Below are positions 1 through 8,217 of a stretch of DNA of 58,890 bases, in pieces. The DNA lies in assembly GCA_036389105.1 (NCBI GenBank), contig DASVQK010000052.1, positions 1-58,890 of the forward strand, written 5' to 3'. Position 1 is the stretch's first letter. Every line of letters starts with the position of its first letter. Position numbers and translations under genes: made by a program. Source of the DNA: Thermoleophilaceae bacterium. Its GTDB lineage: Bacteria; Actinomycetota; Thermoleophilia; Solirubrobacterales; Thermoleophilaceae. The notes under the pieces were generated by a model. That model saw only the letters and a program-made list of their open reading frames with translations, searched no databases and was not told the origin of the DNA.

Positions 1-781
1 GCTTCGGGCGCACGCTGTAGGCCGAGGCGATGGTGCGATCGCGCGCGTTCTGGTTGTAGTCGACGAAGATGCGCTCGCCGCGCTCCTCCTTCCACCACTT
101 CGTGGTCACCTCGCCGGGCAGCCGCCGCTCGAGCTCGCGGCCGAACGCGATCGCGGCATGGCGGACCTCCGTGAACGTCCAGCGCGGCTCGATCCGGACG
201 TATATGTGGACGCCCCGGCCTCCCGAGGTCTTCGGAAAGCCGGCGTAGCCGAGCTCGTCCAGGAGCACGCGCGCCTCGCCGGCGACGCGCACGGCGTCCG
301 CGAAGTCGGTTCCCGGTTGGGGGTCGAGATCCAGGCGCAGCTCGTCCGGATGGTCCACGTCGTCGCTGCGGACCGGCCACGGATGGAACGTGATCGTGCC
401 CATCTGGGCCGCCCAGCCGACGACGGCCACCTCGGTGGGGCAGATCTCGTCGGCGTGGCGGCCCGACGGGAACTGGATGCGCGCGGTCTGCACGTACTCC
501 GGGGCCCCGCGCGGGATGCGCTTCTGGAAGAAGGCGTCGCCGCCCCCCTTCTCGCGCGTCGAGAGGACGAAGCCGGGGTGCACGCCCTTCGGCCAGCGCT
601 CGAGCGTCGTCGGACGGCGCTCGAGCGCGCGCATGATGCCGTCGGCGACTGCGAGGTAGTACTCGACGACGTCGAGTTTCGTGACCGCGCCCGAGCGGTC
701 GGTCACCGGGAAGATCACGCGATCCGGGCTCGACACCCGCAGGTCGCGGCCACCGGCCTCCACGATCGTCGCTTCGGACAC
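1..781 (-). CDS. ligD: DNA ligase D polymerase/primase (LigD-Pol, NHEJ) domain protein; C-terminus runs off the window start
   Basis: Absent from the ORF track because it is open to the window edge. Reverse-strand translation from GTG 781-779 reads MSEATIVEAGGRDLRVSSPDRVIFP..LERWPKGV..FFQKRIP..ITFHPW..PDELRLDLDP..FPKTSGGRGVHIYVRI..RIFVDYNQNARDRTIASAYSVRP. These are typical LigD-Pol/AEP motifs. Confidence 0.85.
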   Translation of the reverse strand, partial: MSEATIVEAGGRDLRVSSPDRVIFPVTDRSGAVTKLDVVEYYLAVADGIMRALERRPTTLERWPKGVHPGFVLSTREKGGGDAFFQKRIPRGAPEYVQTARIQFPSGRHADEICPTEVAVVGWAAQMGTITFHPWPVRSDDVDHPDELRLDLDPQPGTDFADAVRVAGEARVLLDELGYAGFPKTSGGRGVHIYVRIEPRWTFTEVRHAAIAFGRELERRLPGEVTTKWWKEERGERIFVDYNQNARDRTIASAYSVRPK

Positions 782-804
782 GGGAGGGGAGCGTACGCGA
801 CCGG

Positions 805-844
805 ATGCCGGAGGCCGGGATCGAACCGGCCATACCGCGATTCA
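805..844 (-). other. Orphan tRNA 3'-half-like fragment (T-arm, acceptor 3' strand, discriminator A) with no 5' half
   Basis: The reverse complement reads CTGAATCGCGGTATG-GCCGG-TTCGATC-CCGGC-CTCCGGC-A. The T-arm is perfect, but there is no complementary GCCGGAG acceptor strand or D-arm upstream. It has the same orientation as tRNA-Phe at 42891-42963 and is 30/37 identical to its 3' half by manual count. Confidence 0.6.
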
Positions 845-958
845 GAGGCACGCTGGCGGCCGCTTCGGGGCGCGAATCCCAGCACACGAGGTTGAGATAT
901 CCCTGGATTGCTGGGAATATCTCGATTCGCTCGACTCAGGCCGAGGGGAAAGGCTGGG

Positions 959-1303
959 ATGGCAAGGATCAGGTGTCTGTTCGCGGCAAGCGCGCTCGTG
1001 GCGGTGACCGCGGTCACCCTGTCTTCGCCGACGCAGGCGCACAACCGGTGCGTGTACCACGGGGCCGACGTCGCCTGCGTGTTCGACGACCACTCCAGCA
1101 TCGCGGTGTGCGACAGGGAGCGCGACGGCCACTACGTGCGCGCGCAGTACCACCTCTATTTCAACCCCGCGCGCCAGTACGGCCCATGGGACCGCAGCGG
1201 TGCGGACTATCCCTGCTCCCGGCGCCGGCACTCTCCGGGAGCGATCACCTGGTTCCGGCTGTGCGAGGTTCACGCCGGCTGTTCCCGCTGGAAGAAGGCG
1301 TAG
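959..1303 (+). CDS. Small secreted Cys-containing protein of unknown function; paralog of 38739-39074
   Basis: ATG 959 follows GAGGGGAAAGG. Signal peptide MARIRCLFAASALVAVTAVTLSSPTQAH. It shares the motifs CDxExDGHxVRA and FRLCExxxGCxxW with the 38739 protein. Confidence 0.8.
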   Translation: MARIRCLFAASALVAVTAVTLSSPTQAHNRCVYHGADVACVFDDHSSIAVCDRERDGHYVRAQYHLYFNPARQYGPWDRSGADYPCSRRRHSPGAITWFRLCEVHAGCSRWKKA

Positions 1304-1471
1304 CGCGCGGCGTCGCAGATCTGGAACCCGAGCTACGCGTTCGCGTATCCCGCGATCGGCGCGAACCCCAGGGGCGACGCCGGCATGTCCCTCGAGTACG
1401 GCGGCGGGGGCAACTACGAGAACCACGTCGTCGGCTTCTGGGGCGACTTCGTCGTCTTCGGCCGGCCGTAA
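1304..1471 (+). pseudogene. Coding-like C-terminal gene remnant with no start codon
   Basis: The high-GC3 frame reads QIWNPSYAFAYPAIGANPRGDAGMSLEYGGGGNYENHVVGFWGDFVVFGRP and ends at TAA 1469-1471. There is no start codon, and it begins directly after the TAG of the preceding gene in the same frame. Confidence 0.35.
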
Positions 1472-1760
1472 AGGCGCGAAGCGCGCGTCACGCCAAGACG
1501 CGCGACCGGTGTCTACCTCGCCTGCCCTACGTGCTGGTCACCGCCCCGTTCTTCGCGCAGCCCGCCGTGTGCCGACGGTCGTCAACGTCGGGCCGGTACC
1601 GGTGGGCGAGATCCGGTCGCGCACGGTGACGGTGACGTTCCAGCCCCCGGGCAGCGGGATCCGGGAGCCCACGCTCACGATCACCAGCTCGGCTTCCGGG
1701 AGCCCCCACTCGAGCGGGCTCCTTCGGCAAAGGGCCGGGCGGGTTCTGAGCGCGGCGCGT

Positions 1761-4253
1761 GTGCCCGCCGCCCGGATCCCGGCCCTCGCGGCCCTGGCGC
1801 TCGTCGCCTTCGCCTGCGCGCCGCCGGCCCGCGCGGCGACGGACCTGGCGGCGAGCGCTCCGGGCGGCGCGCGGGTGACGATCGAGCGCAACCCGCTGCG
1901 CGTCTCGTTCGTCGACGCCTCCGGCCGGACGGTCCTGCGCCAGGCCGCCCCGGCCGGCGGGTCCGCGATCGTCGCGCCCGCCCCGGAGGTCCAGTTCGGC
2001 ACGCAGGGCCCGCCGCCGCCCGCGCTGTACGCGCCGTTCGCCTTCCTGGTCGGCTCGCACAGCGTCGGCCAGACGCCCGGCGGTCAGTGGCAGGGCACCC
2101 TCCAGCGGGTGACCGAGGGCGGCACCGTCTACGCGGCGACGAAGGTCCTCGCGGCCACGAAGGCCGGCCCGACCGTGCGCCTGACGCTGGCCACCAGCGA
2201 CCCCTCGGGGCGGAGGCTGTCCGTGACGATCGCGCCGCGAGGCCCCGCGCTCGGCGTCTCTGTGCGCCCGGTGCCGGCGACCGGCGTGGCCGCGATGGCC
2301 GACGCGTTCGCGTCCTCTCCGGAGGAGGCCTTCCACGGCTTCGGCGGCCGCCACGACGCTGTCGACGCGCGCGGCACGGAGTTCTTCACCTACCTCCAGC
2401 AGGAGAACGTCGGCTCGGGCAGCGCCAGCGGCGTGACGGCGCCGGCCACACCGGGCCGCGACCGCTACATGTTTCCCAACGGCCCGTACGCCACCTACTA
2501 CGCGCAGAGCCAGTTCATCTCGTCGGGCGGCTACGGGTTCTGGCTCGATCGCGACGAGATCGCGCGCTGGCGGATGGGCTCGGACCGCCCCGACGCGTGG
2601 CACGTCGAGGTCGCGGGCCCGGCGCTCGACTACGTGGTGGCGCCCGCCGGCGCGGCGCGCGCGATCGGCACCCTGACGCGGCTCACAGGCCGGCAGCCCG
2701 TGCCGCCGGAGTGGGCGCTCGGGACGATCCTCGACCGCGAGGTCCGCTACCCGACCGACGACGCCGACCAGCATCAGGCCGAGATCGCGTCGGACCTCGC
2801 GGGCATCGACCGCTACGGCGTCAGGCTCGACGGCTACCGGATCGAGGGCGCGGCCCAGCTACCGGCCGACGTGCTGGCCCGCGACTTCGCCGAGCTGAGG
2901 CGGCGCGGCATACACCCGATGGTCTACTTCCGCGGGTTCGTCGGCAAGGACACGATCGGCACCGACGACCCGGAGGCCTACGACGAGGCGCTCGCGAAGG
3001 GCTACGTGGCCACCCACGCCGACGGCTCGCCGTACACGTTCACGTCGAACTTCAACGCCGACGGAGCGGTGATCGACTTCACCCACCCCGGCGCCGCCGC
3101 GTGGTGGCAGGCGCGTGTCCGCAGGGCGCTGGACCTCGGCGCCGACGGCTTCATGCAGGACTTCGGCGAGCAGGTGTTCGACGACATGCGCTTCCACGAC
3201 GGGTCGACCGGAGCTCAGATGCACAACCGCTTCCCGATCCTCTTCCACCGCGCGACCGCGCGGGCAGTGGACGCCTACCGGCGCGAGCACCCCTCGCGAA
3301 GGATCTTCTACTACACGCGCGCGGGCTACTCAGGCTCGGCCGCGTTCGAGCCGGGCAACTTCCCGGGCGACGAGACGACCGACTGGACGCGGTCCTCGGG
3401 CCTCGCCTCGCAGACGACCGACATGCTCAACCGCGCCGTGGGCGGCGCCTACGGCTTCACCACCGACATCGGCGGCTACTTCGACGTCGGTCCGTACCAG
3501 GCGACCACCAAGGAGCTGTTCGCCAGGTGGGCCGAGTGGGCCGCCCTGTCGCCGTTCTTCCGGGTGCACGGCTCGGTCGCGGCGGGAACGCACACGCCGT
3601 GGAGCTACGACGCCGAGACGCTCGGCATCTACAAGGCGATGGCGGCCCTACACCTGCGCGCGCGCCCGCGGCTGCTCGCGCTCTGGCGCGAGGCCGAGCG
3701 GACCGGGGTCCCGCCCACGCGGCCGCTGTGGTTCGAGTTCCCCGGCGATGCGCGGGCCGCGCGGGAGGAGCAGGAGTGGATGCTCGGCCCCGACGTTCTC
3801 GTCGCGCCGGTCGTGGACGAGGGAGCGAGCGCGGTCGACGTGTACTTCCCGAGCGGCTGCTGGGAGGCCGGCGACACCGCAGAGCGCTACTCCGGCCCCG
3901 CCGGCATTCGGGTGCAGGCGCCGCTCGCGAGGCTGCCGTACTTCTTCAGGTGCGGTACCCAGCCGTTCGGCGCGGCCGGGTGCCCGCGGGAGCCGAAGCG
4001 GTCGTTCTGGATCCACCAGCCGCGCCACGGGCGGATCGTGCGCGTCGCCGCGTTCGTCAACGGCCGGCGCGTCAAGGTCGTGCGCGGCCACCGCGTCACG
4101 CGACTCGTGCTCGCCCGCCTGCCGAAGGGGCGCGTCACGGTCCGGATCGTCGCCACCAGCGCGCGCGGTCAGCGAACGATCAGCGTGCGCAGGTATCGGG
4201 ATTGCCGCAAGGGGCGGCCCCGCACGCGCGTGCACCGGCGCGGGCGCCGCTGA
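1761..4253 (+). CDS. Secreted glycoside hydrolase family 31 (alpha-glucosidase/alpha-xylosidase-like) with extra C-terminal domain
   Basis: GH31-type stretches are present: GYGFWLDRDE, PPEWALG, GADGFMQDFGE, FPGDETTDW, TDIGGYF. The signal-like N-terminus VPAARIPALAALALVAFACAPPARA starts at in-frame GTG 1761. The track ORF start at 1200 is rejected. Confidence 0.85.
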   Translation: MPAARIPALAALALVAFACAPPARAATDLAASAPGGARVTIERNPLRVSFVDASGRTVLRQAAPAGGSAIVAPAPEVQFGTQGPPPPALYAPFAFLVGSHSVGQTPGGQWQGTLQRVTEGGTVYAATKVLAATKAGPTVRLTLATSDPSGRRLSVTIAPRGPALGVSVRPVPATGVAAMADAFASSPEEAFHGFGGRHDAVDARGTEFFTYLQQENVGSGSASGVTAPATPGRDRYMFPNGPYATYYAQSQFISSGGYGFWLDRDEIARWRMGSDRPDAWHVEVAGPALDYVVAPAGAARAIGTLTRLTGRQPVPPEWALGTILDREVRYPTDDADQHQAEIASDLAGIDRYGVRLDGYRIEGAAQLPADVLARDFAELRRRGIHPMVYFRGFVGKDTIGTDDPEAYDEALAKGYVATHADGSPYTFTSNFNADGAVIDFTHPGAAAWWQARVRRALDLGADGFMQDFGEQVFDDMRFHDGSTGAQMHNRFPILFHRATARAVDAYRREHPSRRIFYYTRAGYSGSAAFEPGNFPGDETTDWTRSSGLASQTTDMLNRAVGGAYGFTTDIGGYFDVGPYQATTKELFARWAEWAALSPFFRVHGSVAAGTHTPWSYDAETLGIYKAMAALHLRARPRLLALWREAERTGVPPTRPLWFEFPGDARAAREEQEWMLGPDVLVAPVVDEGASAVDVYFPSGCWEAGDTAERYSGPAGIRVQAPLARLPYFFRCGTQPFGAAGCPREPKRSFWIHQPRHGRIVRVAAFVNGRRVKVVRGHRVTRLVLARLPKGRVTVRIVATSARGQRTISVRRYRDCRKGRPRTRVHRRGRR

Positions 4254-4295
4254 CCGAGCGCGTATACCTCAACCCCTGGGTAACCGCGCTCGCGG

Positions 4296-4685
4296 TCAGG
4301 GGCAGTAGCCGTTATTCACCGTGACCTTGAACGCCCTGATGCGGTTGTTCCAGTTCTGGAACGAGGTGATCTGGTGCCAGGGGTCGAGCCTCGCCTCGGG
4401 GATGTACCCGCTGCCGTCCCCGGTTGTGGAGAAGCAGACCTTCTTGAGGTCGAAGAGGTTCTGGGCGGACTCGATGTTGTCGCGGAAGTCGCCGTCGAGG
4501 GTGATCCAACCCTGCCCGCCCTGCGACGCCGGAACCGTCTTCTTCAGCCCGGTGAAGTTCGTGCCGGTCCAGAAGCAGGCGTAGTAAGTGGGGCAATAGC
4601 TGTCGGCCGACGCGGCTGAACTGCCCATCAGCCCGAGAGCTCCCAGCGCCGCCGTGGCCGCCACGATCGAAACGATTCGCTTCAC
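4296..4685 (-). CDS. Small secreted peptidase-inhibitor-I36 / beta-gamma-crystallin-like protein
   Basis: GTG 4685 is preceded by AAGGAG. Signal peptide VKRIVSIVAATAALGALGLMGSSAASA. The mature part runs from SYCPTYYACFWTGTNFTG to NNGYCP, the pattern of actinomycete I36-type proteins. The gene looks more A/T-rich by eye. Confidence 0.7.
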   Translation of the reverse strand: MKRIVSIVAATAALGALGLMGSSAASADSYCPTYYACFWTGTNFTGLKKTVPASQGGQGWITLDGDFRDNIESAQNLFDLKKVCFSTTGDGSGYIPEARLDPWHQITSFQNWNNRIRAFKVTVNNGYCP

Positions 4686-4895
4686 CCGTTGCTCCTTCTG
4701 CTTGGTTCGCCTGACCGGGCAACCCTCCTCGATTGCGGCCGCGCGGTCAAGCGCAAGCAGCTCGGTGACGGTCATCGCACCCGCGCCGCTGCCCGTTCCC
4801 GTCGACGCCCGCGCTAGCGCGCCGCGGCCTTGGCCCCTTCGCGCCCGAGGTCGCGACGGGTCTTCCTGGACAGCTTCGTGATCGTCCTCGCCACC

Positions 4896-5240
4896 TCAGC
4901 GCTTCTTGTTGTCGACCGCGGCCTGGAGCTGCCTCTTGTTCATCCTCGAGCGACCCTCGATGCCGAGGGCCTTGGCCTCGTTGTAGAGCTGGTCGCGCGT
5001 GCGCCCGCGGGGGCCGGGACTGCCCGAGCGCTTGCCGCCGCGGCGGCCGGACGAGATGTCCCGCGTCGACGTGCGCGAACGGGTGCGCGACTCGCCGCTG
5101 CGCGCGCGCTCCTTGTTGACGGTGCGCGCCGCGATCTCCTCGGCGCGGTCCTCGGAGCGGCCCTGGTCGAGCTGGCTCTCCTTGATGTGCTCGTACTGAC
5201 GGGCGCGCTTGGTGCCCTTCCTGACTCCGCGTGGAGGCAT
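4896..5240 (-). CDS. Small basic protein with C-terminal Rho_N/SAP-like motif
   Basis: ATG 5240 follows GAAGGAG. The sequence runs MPPRGVRKGTKRARQYEHIKES...QLYNEAKALGIEGRSRMNKRQLQAAV. Confidence 0.75.
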   Translation of the reverse strand: MPPRGVRKGTKRARQYEHIKESQLDQGRSEDRAEEIAARTVNKERARSGESRTRSRTSTRDISSGRRGGKRSGSPGPRGRTRDQLYNEAKALGIEGRSRMNKRQLQAAVDNKKR

Positions 5241-5321
5241 CGCCCACTCCTTCGCGTCGGATGACTGCGTGTACTCAGCGGCTACCCGGTCGCCGGTCGA
5301 TCACACCTGGCCCCCCACTGC

Positions 5322-6593
5322 TCAACGTGCGGTGAGGGCGATGCGAACGCGCTTCGCGCCCTTGCCCTTGCGAAGCTCCGTCCACACGAGCGCCGCCCGG
5401 TTCGCGCCCAGACGGCGCAGCTCGAAGCCGTCGAGCTCTCCCTCCCTATCGGCGACCGCGATCGTCTGCGCCGGCCCGATCCTGCCCTTGGCGTCGATCA
5501 CGGCCGCCCGCAGCCTGTCCGGTTTGACGAAGTCCCGATCCTCGGTGGCCCAGGCGAGCAGCGTGCGGCCGTCGGCGAGCGGCAACAAGGTGCGGAAGTC
5601 CACGGGCTCAGGCGCGGTCCAGCTCGCCACCTCGCGGAACCGGCGGCCACGCCCGCTCGCGCGCGCGAGGTGGAGGACGCGGTTCCGGTCCATCCACCGC
5701 ACGGCGACCCGGCCGCCGGGAATCGCTTCGATCGCCACCGACGACGGGTCCGCGTGGGCAGTCAGCTCGACGGGCGGGCCGAAGGGGCGTCCGCGGCGAC
5801 CGAAGCGAACCAGGAGGCTCGTGTCGCTCGACTCGTCCCTGATCCCGTACACGAGAAGCGCGTCGCCGCCGGCTGAGCTGACCACGTCGCTGTAGGACAC
5901 GGTCCGGCCCGGGGCAGCGGTGAAGACGCTCTGCGCACTGCCCCATCGGCGGCCGCTCGAGTGGGCGACCGCGAGGCTGCCGTCCTCGGTCCTCCGGAGG
6001 TCGTACAGCGACCCGTCGGCGGTCAATCGCGGGAGGCCGGTGGAGTAGCGGCGGAGCGCCCTCGGGGCGCGAACGAAGCGCCCGGCGGAGCGCGCGATCG
6101 CGAACCCGTCGCCGAACCCGCCGATCGCGTCGCCGCGCGCGTTGGTGCGGATGATGCCGCTCGCCTTGGGACCCAGCCGCTGCGCGGCCACCCGCCGGCC
6201 GCCGGGCGCGAGCCGGACCCCATACGCGCCCGTCGGACGCACCTCCGTCGTGAGCATCCGCCAACGCGGCCCGACGGTGAGATAGGGGTATGGCGGACCG
6301 CCGTCGTAGGTGCGAGCGGGCGTGCGGCCCTTCACGCGCGTCGTGGTGAGAGCGTGCGTGCGCCCGTTGCCCTCGACACGAGCGATGTACAGGCGTTGCA
6401 TGCGGGTGAGGCCGACCTGCTTCTCACCCGCCACGAAGAACGCCACGCCACCGCGCGGCCCCTCCGTCGAGAACATGAAGTCGTACACGTACCCGGGAGG
6501 GGTCGTGCCGAGCGTGCGCGACTTGCCGAACGGCGCGGCGCCGGCCGGCGCGGCGAGAGCGAGTACGAGGGCCGCGATGCCCAGGGCGCGCAT
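5322..6593 (-). CDS. Secreted repeat protein, function unknown
   Basis: ATG 6593 gives the signal peptide MRALGIAALVLALAAPAGAA. Strand-like motifs ending in W recur (RVAVRW, LLAWA, ALVWT). The N-terminal extension in the track (to 6806) is rejected. Confidence 0.75.
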   Translation of the reverse strand: MRALGIAALVLALAAPAGAAPFGKSRTLGTTPPGYVYDFMFSTEGPRGGVAFFVAGEKQVGLTRMQRLYIARVEGNGRTHALTTTRVKGRTPARTYDGGPPYPYLTVGPRWRMLTTEVRPTGAYGVRLAPGGRRVAAQRLGPKASGIIRTNARGDAIGGFGDGFAIARSAGRFVRAPRALRRYSTGLPRLTADGSLYDLRRTEDGSLAVAHSSGRRWGSAQSVFTAAPGRTVSYSDVVSSAGGDALLVYGIRDESSDTSLLVRFGRRGRPFGPPVELTAHADPSSVAIEAIPGGRVAVRWMDRNRVLHLARASGRGRRFREVASWTAPEPVDFRTLLPLADGRTLLAWATEDRDFVKPDRLRAAVIDAKGRIGPAQTIAVADREGELDGFELRRLGANRAALVWTELRKGKGAKRVRIALTAR

Positions 6594-7010
6594 CGCACAC
6601 AAGCTACGCGAGCGGCTGAGGGTTGACCGGTTCCGGGCCCTGCGGGCTTGCGGAAGTGGCCGTCCCGTTATAGGAAGGAAGCAGTTTGGACTCGAGGGGA
6701 GGCAAGGGGCGTCCCCGCCGCATTCCGTGGCGGGGGCAGGGGGAGGATCGCCGTCGGCGCCCTTCTCGCGGGCGTCCGGTCGTCGCGCTGGCCCTTGGAC
6801 CGGCACTCCCCGGCTGCCGGCCGGCGCCGAAGTCGAGGAGTACTTCGGCGACTACGCGATGCGCGTCGCCGGGCCGCGGTCCCGTCAGGTCGTGATCTCT
6901 CCGCTACCCCTGCGCGTCCGCAACCGCGAGGGCCGCCAGGCCCCGGTCACGAACTGGGGCGGGTGGCGGCGGTCTCCCGCCGGCGCCCGCCCCAGCGCGC
7001 TACCACCCGA

Positions 7011-7991
7011 CTAGCTGTCGAACTGGAAGGTCACGACCGGCGGGATCGGGCCCGCGAGGATCGTGAACCGCGTGTTGTTCACGCAGACCGACGCCGGGAG
7101 CTGGCCGGCCGGCGAGGTCCGGATCGCCAGCGCCGGGCTCGACAACACGACCACGTCATTCGTGCACGGCGAGATGTCTCCCGACTGCTGGATGTCCACG
7201 ATCTGGTTCACGGCGGCCTTGACCGAGAGCCGGACCCCGCCGGACGCCCCCGGGCCGGAGAGGCGCGCGCAGACGTGGGCTTCGTCGTTGGCCGGCGTAG
7301 CCGTGTACAGGAACAGGTCGCGCCCGCTCAGGTGGGCATTGATCAGCTCGCTGGCCGGGCCGAACGCGCCCTCCGCGCAGGCACTCGACGCCTTGCCGGG
7401 CGGCGGCGGCGTGGTGTCCGTCGGCGCCGGCGGCGCGGTATCGCTGTTGACGATCACGTCCGGATCGTTGAGGGCGCCCGTCAGCTCCACGGCCACCCGC
7501 TGCTTCACCGCCCCGGCCTCGACGCAGAGTGCCGTGGTCCCGAGGTTGGAGCCGGCGTCGATGTAGAACGGCGTCTCCAGAACCTCGCCCTGCTCGATCG
7601 GGTGCGTCGTGATCAAGTTGCCCAGCATCGTCGCGCAGCTGCGCGACGCGGTGTCGTTCGTGACCCGTGCGCCAGGGGCCTCGGTCGTTGCTTTCACGTC
7701 CACGCGCCCCGCCTGCTCGGGTTGGCCCGTAACCTTCACGCGGTAGCAGAGCCATTGCGTCTGCGGATCGGTCGGGTCCGTCTGCGTCGCCAGCCTGAAG
7801 AAGATGCTGCGGTTCGCGAAGAACCCGTCGTTCAGCGTCGTGGGCTGGGTGCAGGTGCCCGACACGCCGGCGATGTTGTCCGTGCTCACGCACCCCGCGA
7901 CCCCGAGCGTGGCGATGGCCGCCATGGCCACCACCCCCAGCCGAATCCGCGCTCCCTTGCTCGACCGGTCTCGTCCGCCTCGTCGCAACAT
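7011..7991 (-). CDS. Lipoprotein, function unknown
   Basis: ATG 7991 follows GAGGGGG. The N-terminus MLRRGGRDRSSKGARIRLGVVAMAAIATLGVAGC carries an LGVAGC lipobox. Confidence 0.75.
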   Translation of the reverse strand: MLRRGGRDRSSKGARIRLGVVAMAAIATLGVAGCVSTDNIAGVSGTCTQPTTLNDGFFANRSIFFRLATQTDPTDPQTQWLCYRVKVTGQPEQAGRVDVKATTEAPGARVTNDTASRSCATMLGNLITTHPIEQGEVLETPFYIDAGSNLGTTALCVEAGAVKQRVAVELTGALNDPDVIVNSDTAPPAPTDTTPPPPGKASSACAEGAFGPASELINAHLSGRDLFLYTATPANDEAHVCARLSGPGASGGVRLSVKAAVNQIVDIQQSGDISPCTNDVVVLSSPALAIRTSPAGQLPASVCVNNTRFTILAGPIPPVVTFQFDS

Positions 7992-8217
7992 CGTGCCCCC
8001 TCTGTACGGGATTTGTGGCCCGGCTGGCCAGCCGGGGTCGAGGTATAGCCACGGGGAGTGAACCCAAACCCTTGACTGATGGAGATCCGCCGTTTGGAGG
8101 AGACAAATGGCGAGGCGGGTAACTGGTGTCGAGTCCCGGGGCAACGACGATCGATGAAGAGGCGCTGAAGACGCTGATTCGCGCCGCCGTGGCGCTGAAC
8201 ACGTCCTGAGTCGAGAT

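Noticed and set aside
1301-1303. Possible TAG read-through joining the small secreted protein to the downstream in-frame fragment.
   Set aside because: No read-through context or recoding signal is recognisable. The paralog at 38739 ends at the equivalent position, so the stop looks genuine.
1200-1760. N-terminal extension of the GH31 ORF, including an Ig-like looking stretch.
   Set aside because: The extension precedes a clear signal peptide and is mostly low-complexity. The Ig-like part is more simply a remnant that happens to be in frame. I kept it as a finding, not as part of the CDS.
8104-8114. 11-nt match (AAATGGCGAGG) to the start of the tRNA-Phe att repeat.
   Set aside because: The match does not extend convincingly beyond 11 nt. 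A seed this short could occur by chance in 59 kb.
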